From: Lingula anatina | Taxonomy: Eukaryota > Animalia > Brachiopoda | Length of the DNA stretch: 64,000 nt | Direction: 5' to 3' | Assembly: GCA_051362555.1 (NCBI GenBank) | Contig: CM120647.1 | Coordinates: 1,984,001 to 2,048,000 of the forward strand | In this document: in pieces, positions 25,275 through 39,142 of the stretch | How the letters are laid out: each line of letters starts with the position of its first letter | Position numbering within the stretch: the stretch's first letter is position 1 | Position numbers and translations under genes: made by a program | Notes under the pieces: generated by a model | The model's input: the letters and a program-made list of their open reading frames with translations, nothing else | What the model was told of the DNA's origin: nothing | Databases searched by the model: none

Positions 25275-26719
25275 TAGATCAGCTTATCTTGATAGAATTA
25301 TCAGCTATATTTATAATTTGTTTTATATTTATTTAATACTGGATAATATATTTATCAGCAAGTGGTATGAATACATACTATATCAGAATTGACTCACAAA
25401 ACCACAGAAATAATGTTTTCAAGTATTTACAGTCATTTTTATTACAATCAACATGTTTCGTGACGGAGGTTAGCTTAACGGATGTAAGGTGACATGCATT
25501 TCTTTTCAGTTTTTATCCGCGGAATTATTTTTCATAACTATTGAATGAATTTTTAGGAAGACGTTGATCGTCCTTTAACAAAAATGTTTTTTTTTTTTTT
25601 TAACTTTCTTGTCAAAGTAAGTGACACTATATCAATTGTTGTCTTTTAAAAATGCCCATGGGGTCCTGCTACAAAAGGCTTAAAAAAGCAAAATTGCAGA
25701 TACTCTTTCTGCCGAAAATATTCTGCGACAGGTATTATTCGAAAGTGTACCCTTTTTCTTTCTTTTTTCTAATGGTCCCTACCAAGACCTTTAGGTGTGT
25801 AACTAAAATATCAGCTGTAGTAACGAACTTGGCCCGTGAAAAAAGGGACAAAATCAAGGTCTAAATGTAGCACTCACCGATTGCCAAATTTCGCCTAACG
25901 CAGCACTGAATTTGAATAAAATTAGGCATTTTTTGAAAAGTTAGAGCTTGAGCTTTGAAATAATGAAACAAAAAAACACTTCGCCTCGTCAGAATACGTA
26001 GGAATGGACTTTTCATAAGTTCATTACACCGTAGGACACATCTTCACACCAATTTTCAGTTAAATCTGTTGACCCCCACCTTTTCGCTATTTGGTTGAGT
26101 TTCTCGTGAAATGGCATTTTTAAAAATGTCTTTCGTGATGAGGGCTTATCCTTTACATGTGCATTTTTACAAACCAAAGGCAAATCACCCCATAAAGGAC
26201 AGTAATGATCATTGACTACCACAAAAACCCACATACCAGTTTCCATCTTGTAGTCGGCTAGTCTCACTAGTACCTTACGGATGTTGCAAAACCTGAAGCG
26301 TCTGTCCGGCAATGTCTATACTTTCTCTCTGACTTCCAAACGTTGACTATAAACACCAAGTGAGTCATTTACATTTAATTAAATTTAATTAAATAACCCA
26401 GCAGTTCGATTGTTAAAACTCTGCAGAGCGTTGAGATTTTATATTTGTTCACGATTTTTACATCTGGTTTCTTTTATGCATTGATTCTGTACAATGATTT
26501 GTCGCTATAGATTGTTCACGCCGCTACGAATTGGCCTGTATAACAGCATGCTTTAGAAATGGGCAACATAAAAGAAATGAAAAACATGCGACAAGCAGTA
26601 GACGGGATTTCAAACAATGCATCCACACCTGAAATCAGGCTCATATTATTTACTCATTTTTGTCAAATACAGTTTGTGTGTGTGTGTTAGCTGTTTGGAT
26701 TAAATTGGTTTATTTAAAG

Positions 26720-28827
26720 GCCCCGGGTCACACTGCGCTTGCGACGTTTTTGCAACCACAAAATCTGGCGGTCGCTTGCGATCACTTTGCAAGCTAATTA
26801 AGAAGCTGTGGCCAATTTTGATCGACAAGCAGTCGCAAACCGGTTGCAACAAGGTTGCAGTATGGTATCTGCAACCTCTTATAGACCATCTTCAAGTTAC
26901 AGGTTACCAGTCGCACACTGTTTGCCGAGCGATACACAACCTGTCTGCAACCACTCGGTGTCCGAAAACCGGTTGCGGGACTGTAGCAATCGCTTGTCAA
27001 CTGGTAGCAGCAAGGTCGCTCAGAACATATATGTTGTGACAGTAGCTGCTTTCCCATAAATTCACCTCTCAAAAGACAAAAATGTTGTAGTAAAACGACT
27101 CCTTTTCAAAAAGACGGGACTGCTATAATCATTGACTTTGTTTACCTAAGAAGTAAAACGAGTAAAAAAACTCGAAAATACTGGGTGAACCCGTGGATTG
27201 CAAGACGCCCCTTGTAAGGCGATTACAAACATTTGATGAAAGAACTTCGACTTGAAAATCAGGAAGTTTTCCTTTCCTTCCTAAAAATAGAATTAACAAT
27301 GTTTTGTGAACTTTTGAAAAGACTACACCCTTACCTAACGAAACCAGTGCTGCAATAAAAACATAAACTTGCAAACGTTTTAATCCTTATTACTCTCATA
27401 ATACTCTTTAATATTTTCTTGTTCAAATACTTGGTCTCTTTGAGGTCGCAAGGCCTGTGCAGTTACGGTCACACTGAACAAAAAACCTCTTTGCGACTTT
27501 CAACTGTCACCGGTTGTAAAAAGGTCGGCGACCGGTTGCAACAACTCGCAAAGTGGTTTCCAAATGAACGCTGGGTTAATATCCGGTTCCGCCGGTTTTC
27601 GGTGCAGCATCGATAACCTCCTGGCGACCGAAAAACCTACTTGTGGTATCCAACCGGTTGCTAACAGGTCGCCGACTGCTTTGCAACTGATTTGCAACCG
27701 AATGTGTGGTTTTCCCTTTGTCTTTTTATCCTAGGCGTTTGCCACTTACAATACAACGTAATTAAATCGTGACAAGTCATGCGCATCGTGTACTTTTTAC
27801 ACTCTCATCCTTGTAGTGAGGATACCAAGCACTGGGAAGATGTTAAATTGTTTGTGTTGAAACTATTTTTATTTAAGTCTATTGGACACATTTTACGATT
27901 TGTTCAATTATTTGTGGATAATTTTGATGTTGAAATAATGATATTAAATAGCAGTTATACCTTGCTGATTAAATTGCTTTTATTTTCCGTTTTCTCTGCA
28001 TTCGTGTATTTGTTTCATTGTTTACTCTGATAATATGGATTTGCAAATTTTAAATAACATACAGCGATATATAATTGAGGTTTCGGCATTTTACCTATGA
28101 TTTTCGCAAAATGATAAAATAAATAAACGTAGCGTCAAAAAATCGTAAATTGCTTTTATAATCACATTTTTTTTGTTTTGTAAGTGTGAAATACCTGCCT
28201 GGTATATGAAAGCCTTGGAAATTGGTATAAAATATTGCCAACAAATGCAATTTATGTTTTCTTTTTCTAAAATATTATAATTTGTGACCTTGATATTTAG
28301 AAGGCTTACATAACAAATTATGAAAAAGAATTTGCCCAAATAGACCACCATCCTACGCCTATTTTATTGCAGTCGCTTACAACCTTCCTGCGACATATTT
28401 TCGAACGCCTGCGATCGGTAAAAAACCTGTTAGCGACCAAGATACTAAAGACCGTCAATCGACCATGCAGTTACAACTGCAACCTTCTAGCGACCTGCTG
28501 CCGCCTACTTGCGACTGGTAAAAAACTTGTAAGCGACCAGTCGACTAAATACGGTCAATCGACCGTGCAGTTGCAAATGGTATGCTACTGGTTATAGCAA
28601 CCTACTGACAACCAAGAAGAGACGGATAGGCAACCTTTAGGATACCGATAATTTTCATCTTTAGTCGCACTGGTTGTCGGTGCACAAAAAATGGCCTTCG
28701 TGTGTCAACGATCGCAGGCGACCTGTTAGCAACCTTATGCGACCACTTTAAAACGTATGGCAACCTCCTTGCGACTGGGGTTGCAAAGAGGTTGCCAAAA
28801 GGTTGCAAGCGCAGTGTGACCCAGGCT
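26720..28827. mobile_element. PIF/Harbinger-like non-autonomous element (~2.1 kb)
   Basis: TIR gggtcacactgcgcttgc / gcaagcgcagtgtgaccc with many internal gcaacc/gcgacc/ggttgc/ggtcgc motifs; no transposase ORF. Confidence 0.7.
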
Positions 28828-29017
28828 TGAAGTAAACCACTAAACTTCGCTTATGATAAAATTCTGGAATGTCTTTGTCAAAACATGCTACGGAAATTTG
28901 ACAGCGCCATGCAGTACTACATCCTTGCGTAACAAAAAAGAAATGAAAAACATGCGGCAAGCAGTAGACTTAAAATCAGGCACCGGTTATTCCACAGTTT
29001 TGTCAAACACGGATTCA

Positions 29018-29200
29018 GTGTGTGTGTGCGTGTGTGTATGTGTGCGTGTGTGCGTGTGTGTGTGTGTGTGTGTATGTGTGTATGTGTGTGCGTGTGCGTG
29101 TGAGCGTGTGTGTGTGTGTATGTGTGTATGTGTGTGCGTGTGTGTGTGTGTGTGTATGTGTGTATGTATGTGTGTCTGTGTGTGTGTGTCTGTGTGTGTG
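29018..29200. repeat. (TG)n microsatellite
   Basis: Seen directly. Confidence 0.95.
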
Positions 29201-29781
29201 CTCTTGTGCACGCATTCTAACCGAGGACACACACCCGCCCGAAACCCACTAACCGAGGACACACCTCCAACCGAGGACGTCCTCGGTTGACATAAGCAGT
29301 GGAATGCATAAAGGGGCCCATTTCAAGTTAGGTGGTGAAATTTGACGCTATTCTGAGCCAGTCCTCGGTTATGCTGTATAGCGCGGGCCAAATTCCCGCC
29401 ACGAGTGTATCAGAAATACTGTCCAACTTTTTGTCTGAAATCGGGCTATACACACGCGTCCTCGGTTGTGCTGTTAAGGGCGGACCAAATTCCGCGTCCT
29501 CGGTTGTGCTGTAAAGGGCAGACTAAACTGAAACTAATGTTATATCTCAGATGTCTATATATTCAGTAAGTTCATATTTTTAAACTAAAGGTCTTTTTTA
29601 TCAAATTAAGCTCTCCTAGGCCGTTACGTAACTACATAACTATCATCGCACCTACATATTACGGCACGCTTCTTTATTAGTACAACTGACTTGGTGTGGT
29701 TTAAATAAAGAAGAACTGTCTGAATTTGTGGCTCACTCGGTAGATCTTAGGACCGACAATCTTTTGAGGGTGCAAGAATTA

Positions 29782-30803
29782 CTCTGAAGTATCAAATAAA
29801 CGTACCGGTACGTTAATTAATTTTCCAAATTTCTTCCCGCCGGTACGCTCCATTTTCACCCAGTACGCTTATTAATTTTTCAAAAATCTTCCACCCGGTA
29901 TGTTTATTAAATACATATTGTACCGGTGGGAAATTACACAAGTACAAGTCACGCTTTTTATTTTCTTAAATTGAAGTATAATGAGAAGAAAATTGAGATC
30001 TCAACTCATTACCGACTGTTCTACCAACAGCACTGGAAAGTAGGTCAAGCGGAAGTCGCTCTCTGAACACAACAGTACATGCGTCACCTGATTTTAGTTC
30101 CTATAAATAGACGTGCTTTCCCTTCAACAGTGACAACTACTCATGTACATCGATCGAATGATGCAATGTCGCAAGGTGATAGGATCATATTTATAGCTAA
30201 GGAGGTCATTTCAAGTGCAGCAAAGAAGTTGTGCCTGTTTTCAAACGTCAATTATTTCATGCCGATTTATGATTTAAACGATGTTAAATCACATTTCTAT
30301 GTAAGATAAACCCTTAGGAGTTTACAGGTATGCAAAACGAACCTTATATCTGAGAATAAATTTACTATGAATAACGTCTCCGTATGGCTCTCGGAGGCGG
30401 CTTAGGTGCGACATATCTGGGTCTTCGGCCCCTGACGATTATGAAATTTAACTCATGGCAAATATATATATATATATATATTAAGATAAATTATAATACT
30501 GAGTGAATTTTACCTGGTGAATTTTTTTTTTTTTTTTACAATGATCAATAGCTAGCTTTTTTCTTTCTCTTCTTCTTCTTTACTTTTATTTATAATTATT
30601 TATTTCATTTTTTTTTTTTTTGGGGGGGGGGAGTGGTGCAAAGGTTTTTTCCACCCAGTACTTTTATTCCATCTAGTACTTTTATTAAATTTCGAGATTT
30701 TTTCCACCCAGTACTTTTATTCCATCAGTACTTTTATTAAATTTTGAGATTTTTTCCACCCAGTACTTTTATTCCATCAGTTCTTTTATTCGATACTTCA
30801 GAG
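29782..30803. mobile_element. Tc1/mariner superfamily (pogo/Tigger-like) MITE
   Basis: TIR ctctgaagtatc(a/g)aataaa with a TA TSD and repeated subterminal ccagtacttttattccatc units. Confidence 0.75.
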
Positions 30804-30834
30804 TAAATGAAAAGGGTAAATGGATCGTCCGTAA

Positions 30835-31046
30835 ACCCCCTTTACACTGGGGCGGCGTCCTTTGTGCGACCAAGAAACTGGCATCACTGTGGTCGTAGAA
30901 AGGAGGTACAAGCATTGCTTTGGTTGAAAAAAATGAATATTTGGTGATTGGCCAGTTGTCAGAAAGTTAAGTATTATAATTTTGTACTCTCAAATGGATC
31001 CGTACTACAGGACGCAGAAAGGACGCCGTCCAGTGTAAAGGGCCCC
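30835..31046. mobile_element. Harbinger-like MITE
   Basis: ccctttacactggggcggcgtcc ... ggacgccgtccagtgtaaaggg flanked by TAA/TTA. Confidence 0.65.
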
Positions 31047-31489
31047 TTAGCTAACTATGAATTAATCTACCCCTGACAGTTTGAAGAAGGCTATGACATT
31101 ATGAAACATTTATTATTACATAATGGCTCTGCGAACTACAGTCACTTCTTTTCACCTGTAGATCTGACCTGTTTGTTATACACCTGGCTGCTAGAATAAA
31201 TACTAAATCTAACAACTGAAGTGAAATTATATTTTGAATGGGCCCCTGTCGGTCCATGTCGCTAACACAGAGCACACATATTCATAAACACCGCATTTGC
31301 AAGAACCGCTTTGTGAAATAAAAAAAGAAAAAAAAAAAAGACGCCCCGACAATTACGCGTCCTGATATATAGGCCTACAGTTCGGATATGCACACGGCAA
31401 AAACGATTAAGGGACCGTTCCCAGATCCTATCGTACTAACTACGGATCGATCTCTCCCAGAAGGAATGCTATATAAATTGCAATCAACG

Positions 31490-34330
31490 TAATCAGTGTG
31501 ATCTGGCCAATTTTACAAAGTTGCTGTTTTTCCCTTTTCTCAGCATAATATTATATGCGATGCAACATTTTAAAGAGAACCGATAGGTCTATTTTCATGA
31601 AACTCACAGAACTGATGAATATTAGTTAAACGCAGGTCAAGTTTGAAAATCTTCATAATGGGCTGCTTTTTTTTTCAGAAAATTTGCTGTTGTTTTTGCT
31701 TTTTTCAGCATACATGCAACACTGTAAACACAGTTCAAGGAGAAGCAATAGGTCTATTGTCATGAAACTCACAGAACTGATGATTATTAGTAAAAGGGTT
31801 GTCAAGATCAAAAATCGGCATATCCGGGCCATTTTTTGTCAAAAGTTATGCTGTTTTTTTTCTGCCATTTTCAGCATATAAGTAACACTGTAAGCACATT
31901 TCAGGGAGAACCGATAGGCCTGTTGTCATTAAACTCACAGGAGTGATCAATGTTACCAATATACAAATCAAGTTTGAAAATAGGATTGATTGGTTGAGTT
32001 TTGTGGAAGTTGTGCCTTGTTTTGATATATATAAGTGGTTTTCCTCAGATTTGATTGTCAGGCATGTTGACAGTTTGGTTATTGAACTAACTAGATATGT
32101 AAATATGTTAGTGTTTGTCTGAAATTTTCTGCATCTTTACAACATTGCTAGTTGATTATATAAATATGACGGTAAACATGTTATCATGTACTGTGTAATA
32201 CAGTGTCTCAAAATGGAGGCAATTGGGTGATTATTTTCAAAAGTTTTGCATTTTTTCTCCTCTTTTCATTGTACATACAACACTGTTAACACATTTCAAG
32301 GAGAACCAATAGGCCCCTTTTCATAAAACTCACAGAACTGATGATTATAAGTAAAAGAATGGTCAAGATTGAAAATCAGCATGACCAGGCCCTTTTCTTT
32401 CAAATGTTATGCTGTTTTTTTTTTTTAGCATATAAGTAACACTGTAAGCACATTTCAGGGAGAACCAATAAGCCTGTTTTCATGAAACTCAGAGAACTGA
32501 TGATTATTAGTAAATTAAAAAGAATTATCAAGATTGAAAATCAGCATGACCAGGCCCTTTTCTTTCAAATGTTATGCTGTTTTTTTTTTCAGCATATATG
32601 TAACACTGTAAGCACATTTCAAGGAGAACCAATAAGCCTGTTTTCATGAAACTCACAGAACTGATGATTATTAGTAAAAGAATGGTCAAGATTGAAAATC
32701 CGCATGACCAGGCCCTTTTCTTTCAAATTTTATGCTGTTTTTTTTTTTTTTTTTTTTTTTTTTTTGTTTTTTTTTTTGTTTTGTTTTGTTTTCAGCATAT
32801 ATGTAACACTGTAAGCACATTTCAGGGAGAACCAATGACTTAAAGCCTGTTTTCATGAAACTCACAGAACTGATGATTATTAGTAAAAGCATATTAGTAA
32901 CACTGTAAGCACATTTCAGGGAGAACCGATAGGCCTGTTGTCATTAAACTCACAAGAGTGATCAATGTTATCTATATACAAATCAAATTTAAAAATAAGA
33001 TTGATTGGTTGAGTTTTGAGGGACTTCAGCTTTTATTTGTATATAAGTGGTTTTCCTCAGATTTGATTGTCAGGCATGTAAACAGTCCACTATTGAATTA
33101 ACTAGATATGTAAATATGTTAGTGTTTCTCTGAAATTGTCTGCATCTTTACAACATTGCTAGTTGATTATATAAATATGACGGTAAACATGTTATCATGT
33201 ACTGTGTAATACAGTGTCTCAAAATGGAGGAAATGGGGTGATTATTTTCAAAAGTTTTGCATTTTTTTCTCCTTTTTTCAGTGTACATGCAACACTGTTA
33301 ACATATTTCAAGGAGAACCAATAAGCCTGTTTTCATGAAACTCACAGAACTGATGATTATTAGTAAAAGAATGGTCAAGATTGAAAATCAGCAAGACCAG
33401 GCCCTTTTCTTTCAAATTTTATGCTGTTTTTTTTTTTTTTCAACATATATGTAACACTGTAAGCACATTTCAGGGAGAACTAATAACTTAAAGCCTGTTT
33501 TCATGAAACTCACAGAACTGATGATTATTAGTAAAAGCATATTAGTAACACTGTAAGCACATTTCAGGGAGAACCGATAGGCCTGTTGTCATTAAACTCA
33601 CAAGAGTGATCAATGTTATCTATATACAAATCAAATTTAAAAATAAGATTGATTGGTTGAGTTTTGAGGGACTTCAGCTTTTATTTGTATATAAGTGGTT
33701 TTCCTCAGATTTGATTGTCAGGCATGTAACAAGTCTCATTATTGAATTTACTAGATATGTAAAATGGGTTGTTTGACAATTTCTGCGTCTTGACAATATT
33801 GCTAGTTGATTATATAAAAATGGTGGTAAACCTGTTATCTTGTATTGTGTAAAAAAAGTGCCAAAATGGAAATGAACTCGTATCATTGTAGTTTGTCAGA
33901 TTCAATCATTCACAATGTTCGGAATGGAGGAAATTGGACATTTAAACTTGTTATATTGATATTTTTGCCATCTCAACAATTTTCTTAGTTGATCATATGA
34001 AATGGCAGTAAACTGTATTATTTTATGTAAAAAAGTTAAAAATGGAAAGAAACCCATTTCAGTACAGTGCTGTCTTGTATACATTTAGCATTTTCAAAGT
34101 ATGACTTTGGAGTTCCATGAACCTGAAAACCTTTGCTAGTCACATTTTCTGAATATTCATGATACTAATATTTTATTATAAAAAATTGATGATCATTATG
34201 CTGTTAAGCATTATATAATATTGCATCAAATTGGAAGAAAGCACAATTTTGGGTGCTGCTGGCATGATGTCCTCAATTGTAAAATTGTGTACTGTGCAAG
34301 TCTGTATCCAATGGACGACACTTTGTGTTA
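31490..34330 (+). repeat. Helentron/HINE-type composite tandem array (same family as 46866-61645, opposite orientation)
   Basis: Repeated ~160-bp units (aaactcacagaactgatgattattagtaaa...cagcatatatgtaacactgtaagcacatttcagggagaacc) plus a longer unit; reverse complement of the 47-61 kb array units. Confidence 0.8.
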
Positions 34331-34918
34331 TCAAAATATAAAATTCATGATAATAAAAGAGTGCTAAATAGAAAATAAGCATTATGAAAATAAAATGTTT
34401 GAAAACGAATTTCTTTGGTCTTTTATTTTATTTCATCAGTATCCTTTCTTTTCCTAAATTAATTGATGTTTTATCTCATAATCTTCAATTCTAAAAAAGT
34501 GGCAAAGCCCAGCATTAAATATTGTATAACTGTTCATTTAATCATCACCTCTGGTGTTATTTTGGAATTTACCTTAAATATGAAAGAATTTCATAAAAAT
34601 GTGAATTGCTGCAAAGTAACGCTATATAAAATTTGCTTTGCATTAAAAGTACAATCATTATTACATGTAGATGCATGCATGTCCTCGGTTGTAATGTGTA
34701 GTGTCTGTCCGTGTGTGTGTCCCTGTGTGTCCTCGGTTAGAATGTAAAATTCTTGTCAGCAAAAAATTAGTTTTTATAAAAAATTAATTTATAACATTCA
34801 TACTCGAATAGATTTTACCCTAAATTGAATGTTTTTATTTTGATTTAACCAAGGAATAAGATGTCCTCGGTTGTATGGTGTTGTGCTGATGTCCTCGGTT
34901 GGTACACATAGACAAGTA

Positions 34919-35074
34919 TGTGTGTGTGTGTATGTATGTGTGTATGTATGTGTCTGTGTGTGTGTGTGTGTGTGCACGTGTGTGTGTGTGTGTGTATGTA
35001 TGTGTGTGTGTGTGTATGTATGTGTGTGTGTGTGTATGTATGTATGTGTGTGTATGTATGTGTGTGTGTATGTA

Positions 35075-35139
<65 letters not shown>

Positions 35140-35256
35140 GTGTATGTATGTGTCTGTGTGTGTGTGTGTGTGTGCAAGTGTGTGTGTGTGTGTGTATGTA
35201 CGTGTGTGTGTGTATGTATGTGTGTGTGTGTGTGTATGTATGTGTGTGTGTATGTA

Positions 35257-35288
<32 letters not shown>

Positions 35289-35363
35289 TGTGTGTGTGAG
35301 TCTGTGTGTGTGTGTGTGTGTGTTTGTGTTTGTGTGTCTGTGTGTGTGTGTGTATGTGTGTGT

Positions 35364-35442
<79 letters not shown>
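34919..35442. repeat. compound (TG)n/(TATG)n microsatellite (~520 bp)
   Basis: Seen directly; source of the HT/CV low-complexity ORFs. Confidence 0.95.
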
Positions 35443-35445
<3 letters not shown>

Positions 35446-35779
35446 AGGTGCGTTACTTAGGGGATGTCTGTACACAGTAACTAGAGGATCAGAGAGGTGA
35501 TACCGCCTCCAGATATTGTTCCACCAATTGGAGTAAGCGCATTCGTATAGAAAACCCCCCCAAAAAGGGACACCACCGCCAGTCTTGTGCTTGACAAGCT
35601 CTATAAAATGCAATCAACAAGAGTTCTCAAAATATGCAAAAAAAAAAAAATGGTACAATCAAGCAGATTTTCGAATTGACCTGTATTTTCCTAACATTGA
35701 TCACTCTCGTGATTCTCTAGACAACAGGCCCACTGGTTTTCCTTGAAATGTGTTGTTATTTTTGCATATGTATGCGGAC

Positions 35780-37015
35780 AAAAAACCTAGGGGCAACACT
35801 GGGCAAATCTTTGCTAGTTTTAAAGATATGAGGGTCAAGAAAATATGCAAAGCTCAGTTCATTGTGAAAAAGTAGGTCTAAGGTCAATTTCAATGTCACA
35901 GAATATGACTTCCTATTCAAGTTTAATAGAAACCATGGATATTTCTTTGCCAATTTTGGAGATTTAAAGGCCAGAAAACATGCAAAAAAACAGTTCATCA
36001 TAAAAAGTAGGTTAAAGGTCAATTTCAAGGTCACAGTTAGATAGCCAGTGCATGACTTCCTATTTAAGTTCAACAGCAACTTTGGATGTATCTCTGCCTG
36101 TTTTTGAGATATAAGGGATAGAAAATTTGCAAAGATCAGTTCATGGTGAAAATTAGGTCAAATGTTAATTTCAGGGTCACAGTTCGATTGCCAGTATATA
36201 ACTTCCTATTCATGTTCAATAGTAACTATGGGTGTATCTTTGCCAGTTTTTGAGATATAAAGATCAGAAAATTTGCAAAGTGCAGTTTATCATGAAAAAA
36301 GGCAAAGGTCAATTTCGATCACAGTAAAATCACCAGTACATGACTTCCTACAGTATTCATGTTCAATAGTAACTATGGGCGTGTCTCTGCCAGTTTGGAA
36401 AGTATAAGCATTAAAATAGTTGCAAAGTTCAGTTTATGGTGAAAAGTAGGTCAAAAGTCAATTTAAAGGTCACATTTAGATTGTCAGTATATAACTTCCT
36501 TTTCAAGTTCAATAGTAACTATGGGCCTATCTCTGCCAGTTTTGGTGATATAAGGAACTAAATGTTACAATTTTCGGTTCATGATAAAAAGTAGGTCAAA
36601 GGCAAATTTAAAGGTCACACTTAAATTGCCAGTAAATGACTTCCTATACATGTTTTATAGTAACTATGGACCTATCTCTGCCAGTTTTGGAGTTTTAAAA
36701 AAAGGGAAAGAAATTTGCAAAGTTCAGTTCATGGAGAAAAGTAGGTTAAAGGTCAATTTAAAGTAACAGTTAGATTGCCAATATATGATTTCCTATTCAA
36801 ATGTGATAGTAATTATGGGGGTATCTTTGCCAGTTTTGAAAGTAAAAGTACTGAAAAAGTTGCAAAGTTCAGTTCATGATGAAAAGTATGTCTAAGGTCA
36901 ATTTTAAGGTAACAGTTAGATTGCCAGTATATGACTTCCTATTCAAGTTCAATAGTAACTATGGGCCTATCTCTGCCAGTTTTGGAGATATAAGGGACTA
37001 AATGTTACAATTTTG
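35780..37015. repeat. ~145-bp tandem repeat array (Helentron-associated satellite type)
   Basis: About 8 units containing aggtcaattt(c/t)aaggtcacag...tatgacttcctattcaagttcaatagtaactatggg; spacing e.g. 36481, 36626, 36775, 36921. Confidence 0.8.
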
Positions 37016-37395
37016 GAATTACAATAATGTGCCATAAATTTCCTTCAAAAAGAAATTAATTGAAATAAAGAAATGGTCATTTTGGTCGAAATTCTTGAAA
37101 TGGGAGGTGCAGAGAAGTTCCAGATCTTCAAATTTCATGAAAAAAATGTCATTTTTGACCAGAAGTTGTCTGCCTTGCCAAGCCTTATGTAACATTTTCC
37201 AGAGGTTCAAAATTGATTACATATTACCGTATTGCACATTTTGCTTTCACCACCACAATGTACTTTTTGATACAGCATAACTCGTAAACCGTATGGAAAT
37301 TTAAAAAAAACGGAGACCACCTCCAGTGTTGGGCTTTACATGCTCTACAAAATGCAAAAAAGAATAGGTCTCTAGCGTTAACGGTTCCTGATTTA

Positions 37396-37621
37396 GACCC
37401 CATTCCCATAGATTTTAGATCGATCTATCCCTGTGGGGAGTCTCACTAGATTACTGTCAGCTTATAGCCGGCTTAGGCGTCTGTCCCGCCTACTAAAGGC
37501 TGAAAGGGTGTATTAGCTATGGTGCGCGCTCGGCTGACTGAAATTTAGCGTGAACCCCCAGGGAGTTAGGTCGATCTAAATTTAAATCTCTGGATCGATC
37601 TAAATCTCTGGGAACGCACCC
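37396..37621 (-). mobile_element. Harbinger-like MITE (tagatcga family)
   Basis: TTA/TAA flanks; inverted near-identical partner of 38291-38516. Confidence 0.75.
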
Positions 37622-38290
37622 TAAGAGACAGTTTTCAGTTTCGATATCTTATGGCCGCTACTCCCGTGAAAATGCACCGATTGACCCCAAACTCACGGAG
37701 ATGAAAGAAGACCTGAAGGGTAATACCTGCCAATAATATTATACTGTAGGTTAGGTCTGTGTAGTTTCTGAATATTAGCGCAAATAATTTTTTTTCGTAA
37801 AAAAATCATTTTTTCGAAAATTTTGGCCCCTTTGACCTTGAAATAAAGGTAAAAGGTCACAACCAAGGGCATACTTGAAATCTCCACATATGACTTTCCT
37901 TCAGCTGTCTATAGAAACTTTTCCCATAATTCCTTCGGTATGGTAGATAATTAGCATTTAATTTTGCTAATTTGGGACAAGGGTGCATTGCAATGAGCGC
38001 CACGCCTAGGCCCCAGCACCGACAAAGCCAAAATTTTACTTGGAGCGAGTTGAGATAACAGGTGACCTAAATCCAAGAGATGGGTACGCAGGCCCTTGTA
38101 GTCTAGGAGGAGAGCAGAAACGGTGACTTGGCGGCAGAGCCGGCGGAACATACGGGTCGGGACTAAAACCATGGGTACCGCCAGCGTCTACGTCTTTTTA
38201 TATTATTGCAAAGGCTTTGGAAAATGGAAGATATTTCCATGTTCAAGTATAGTATGACATTTCTAATATCTGCCTATAGTCTTTGTTTAA

Positions 38291-38516
38291 GGGTGCTTTC
38301 CCAGAGATTTAGATCGATCTAAAGATTAAGTTTTAGATCGACCTAACTCCCTGGGGGTTCACGCTAAATTGCAGTCAGCTGAGCGGGCACCTTAGTTAAT
38401 TACCCCCTTACGGCTTTTAGTAGGCGGGACAGACGCTTAAGCCGGCCAAGCTGACAGTAATCTAGTGAGACTCCCCACAGGGATAGATCGATCTAAAAAT
38501 CTATGGAAATGGGGTG
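38291..38516 (+). mobile_element. Harbinger-like MITE (tagatcga family)
   Basis: TAA TSD on both sides; ends gggtgctttcccagag / ctatggaaatggggtg. Confidence 0.75.
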
Positions 38517-38805
38517 TAAGATGCAAGTTCTGAAGTAAAAAAATGTCACACATAAAAAAAATTAAGCTAACATCATTACCATTTCAAATATTCCAATTTA
38601 ATCTTTTCAATTTACTTTTGACATTATTCAAGTTATTATTGATTTAATGCAGACACTTGCACTATGAACAATTCTCACACATACATGTAGTTACTCTTAG
38701 TTCTCTCTCGCTAACGCCAGAACACTGTCAGCCATCATGATCCTCTTCCTCGTCCTGGCAGCATATGACTCACCCTGCGATTAAAAACACTCTGACAGGG
38801 GCTTC

Positions 38806-39142
38806 AAGGGATATATATATAACTCTTTGTGAGAGATCCATATTTCACAAAAAATACACTGTAAACAATTCATAGAAATATAATGAATTCTATTTTAACA
38901 CTAAACCTACAGTAATCACAATTATTCTGGAATATGTGCTTGTCATTGGACTACAAGATTTTCATATATGGCTATCCTATATAATAATCTCTTAAGAGAA
39001 TATTACAAATTTTTTTTTAGAAAAAGACAATGTACTAACTTTTACGTTGGAACAGATTCATGAACTATGAAAAGTATTAGAAAATTGTCATTTACCCCAG
39101 GAAAATCCATTTTTTGACAAAAATGAATTGTTGTTATCCTTT
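38806..39142 (+). mobile_element. degenerate Kolobok-like MITE (family of 48202-48537)
   Basis: agggata...aactctt...gagatccatatttcac...aatctcttaagaga...gttatccttt. Confidence 0.6.

Larger units (their letters stand above)
29201..34918. mobile_element. TIR element inserted in a (TG)n microsatellite, carrying nested repeats
   Basis: Imperfect 28-bp TIRs ctcttgtgcacgcattctaaccgaggac / gtcctcggttggtacacatagacaagta, multiple subterminal AACCGAGGAC motifs at both ends, and TG arrays directly on both flanks. Confidence 0.6.

Noticed and set aside
28853-35613. Long HT- or CV-repeat ORFs (e.g. 34798-35613, 271 aa)
   Set aside because: They are translations of (TG)n microsatellites.
38697-38775. Possible alternative terminal AIG1 exon (GESYAARTRKRIMMADSVLALAREN*)
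   Set aside because: It reads open only in phase 0, whereas the exon-5 donor is phase 1, which gives an immediate TGA. No family similarity.
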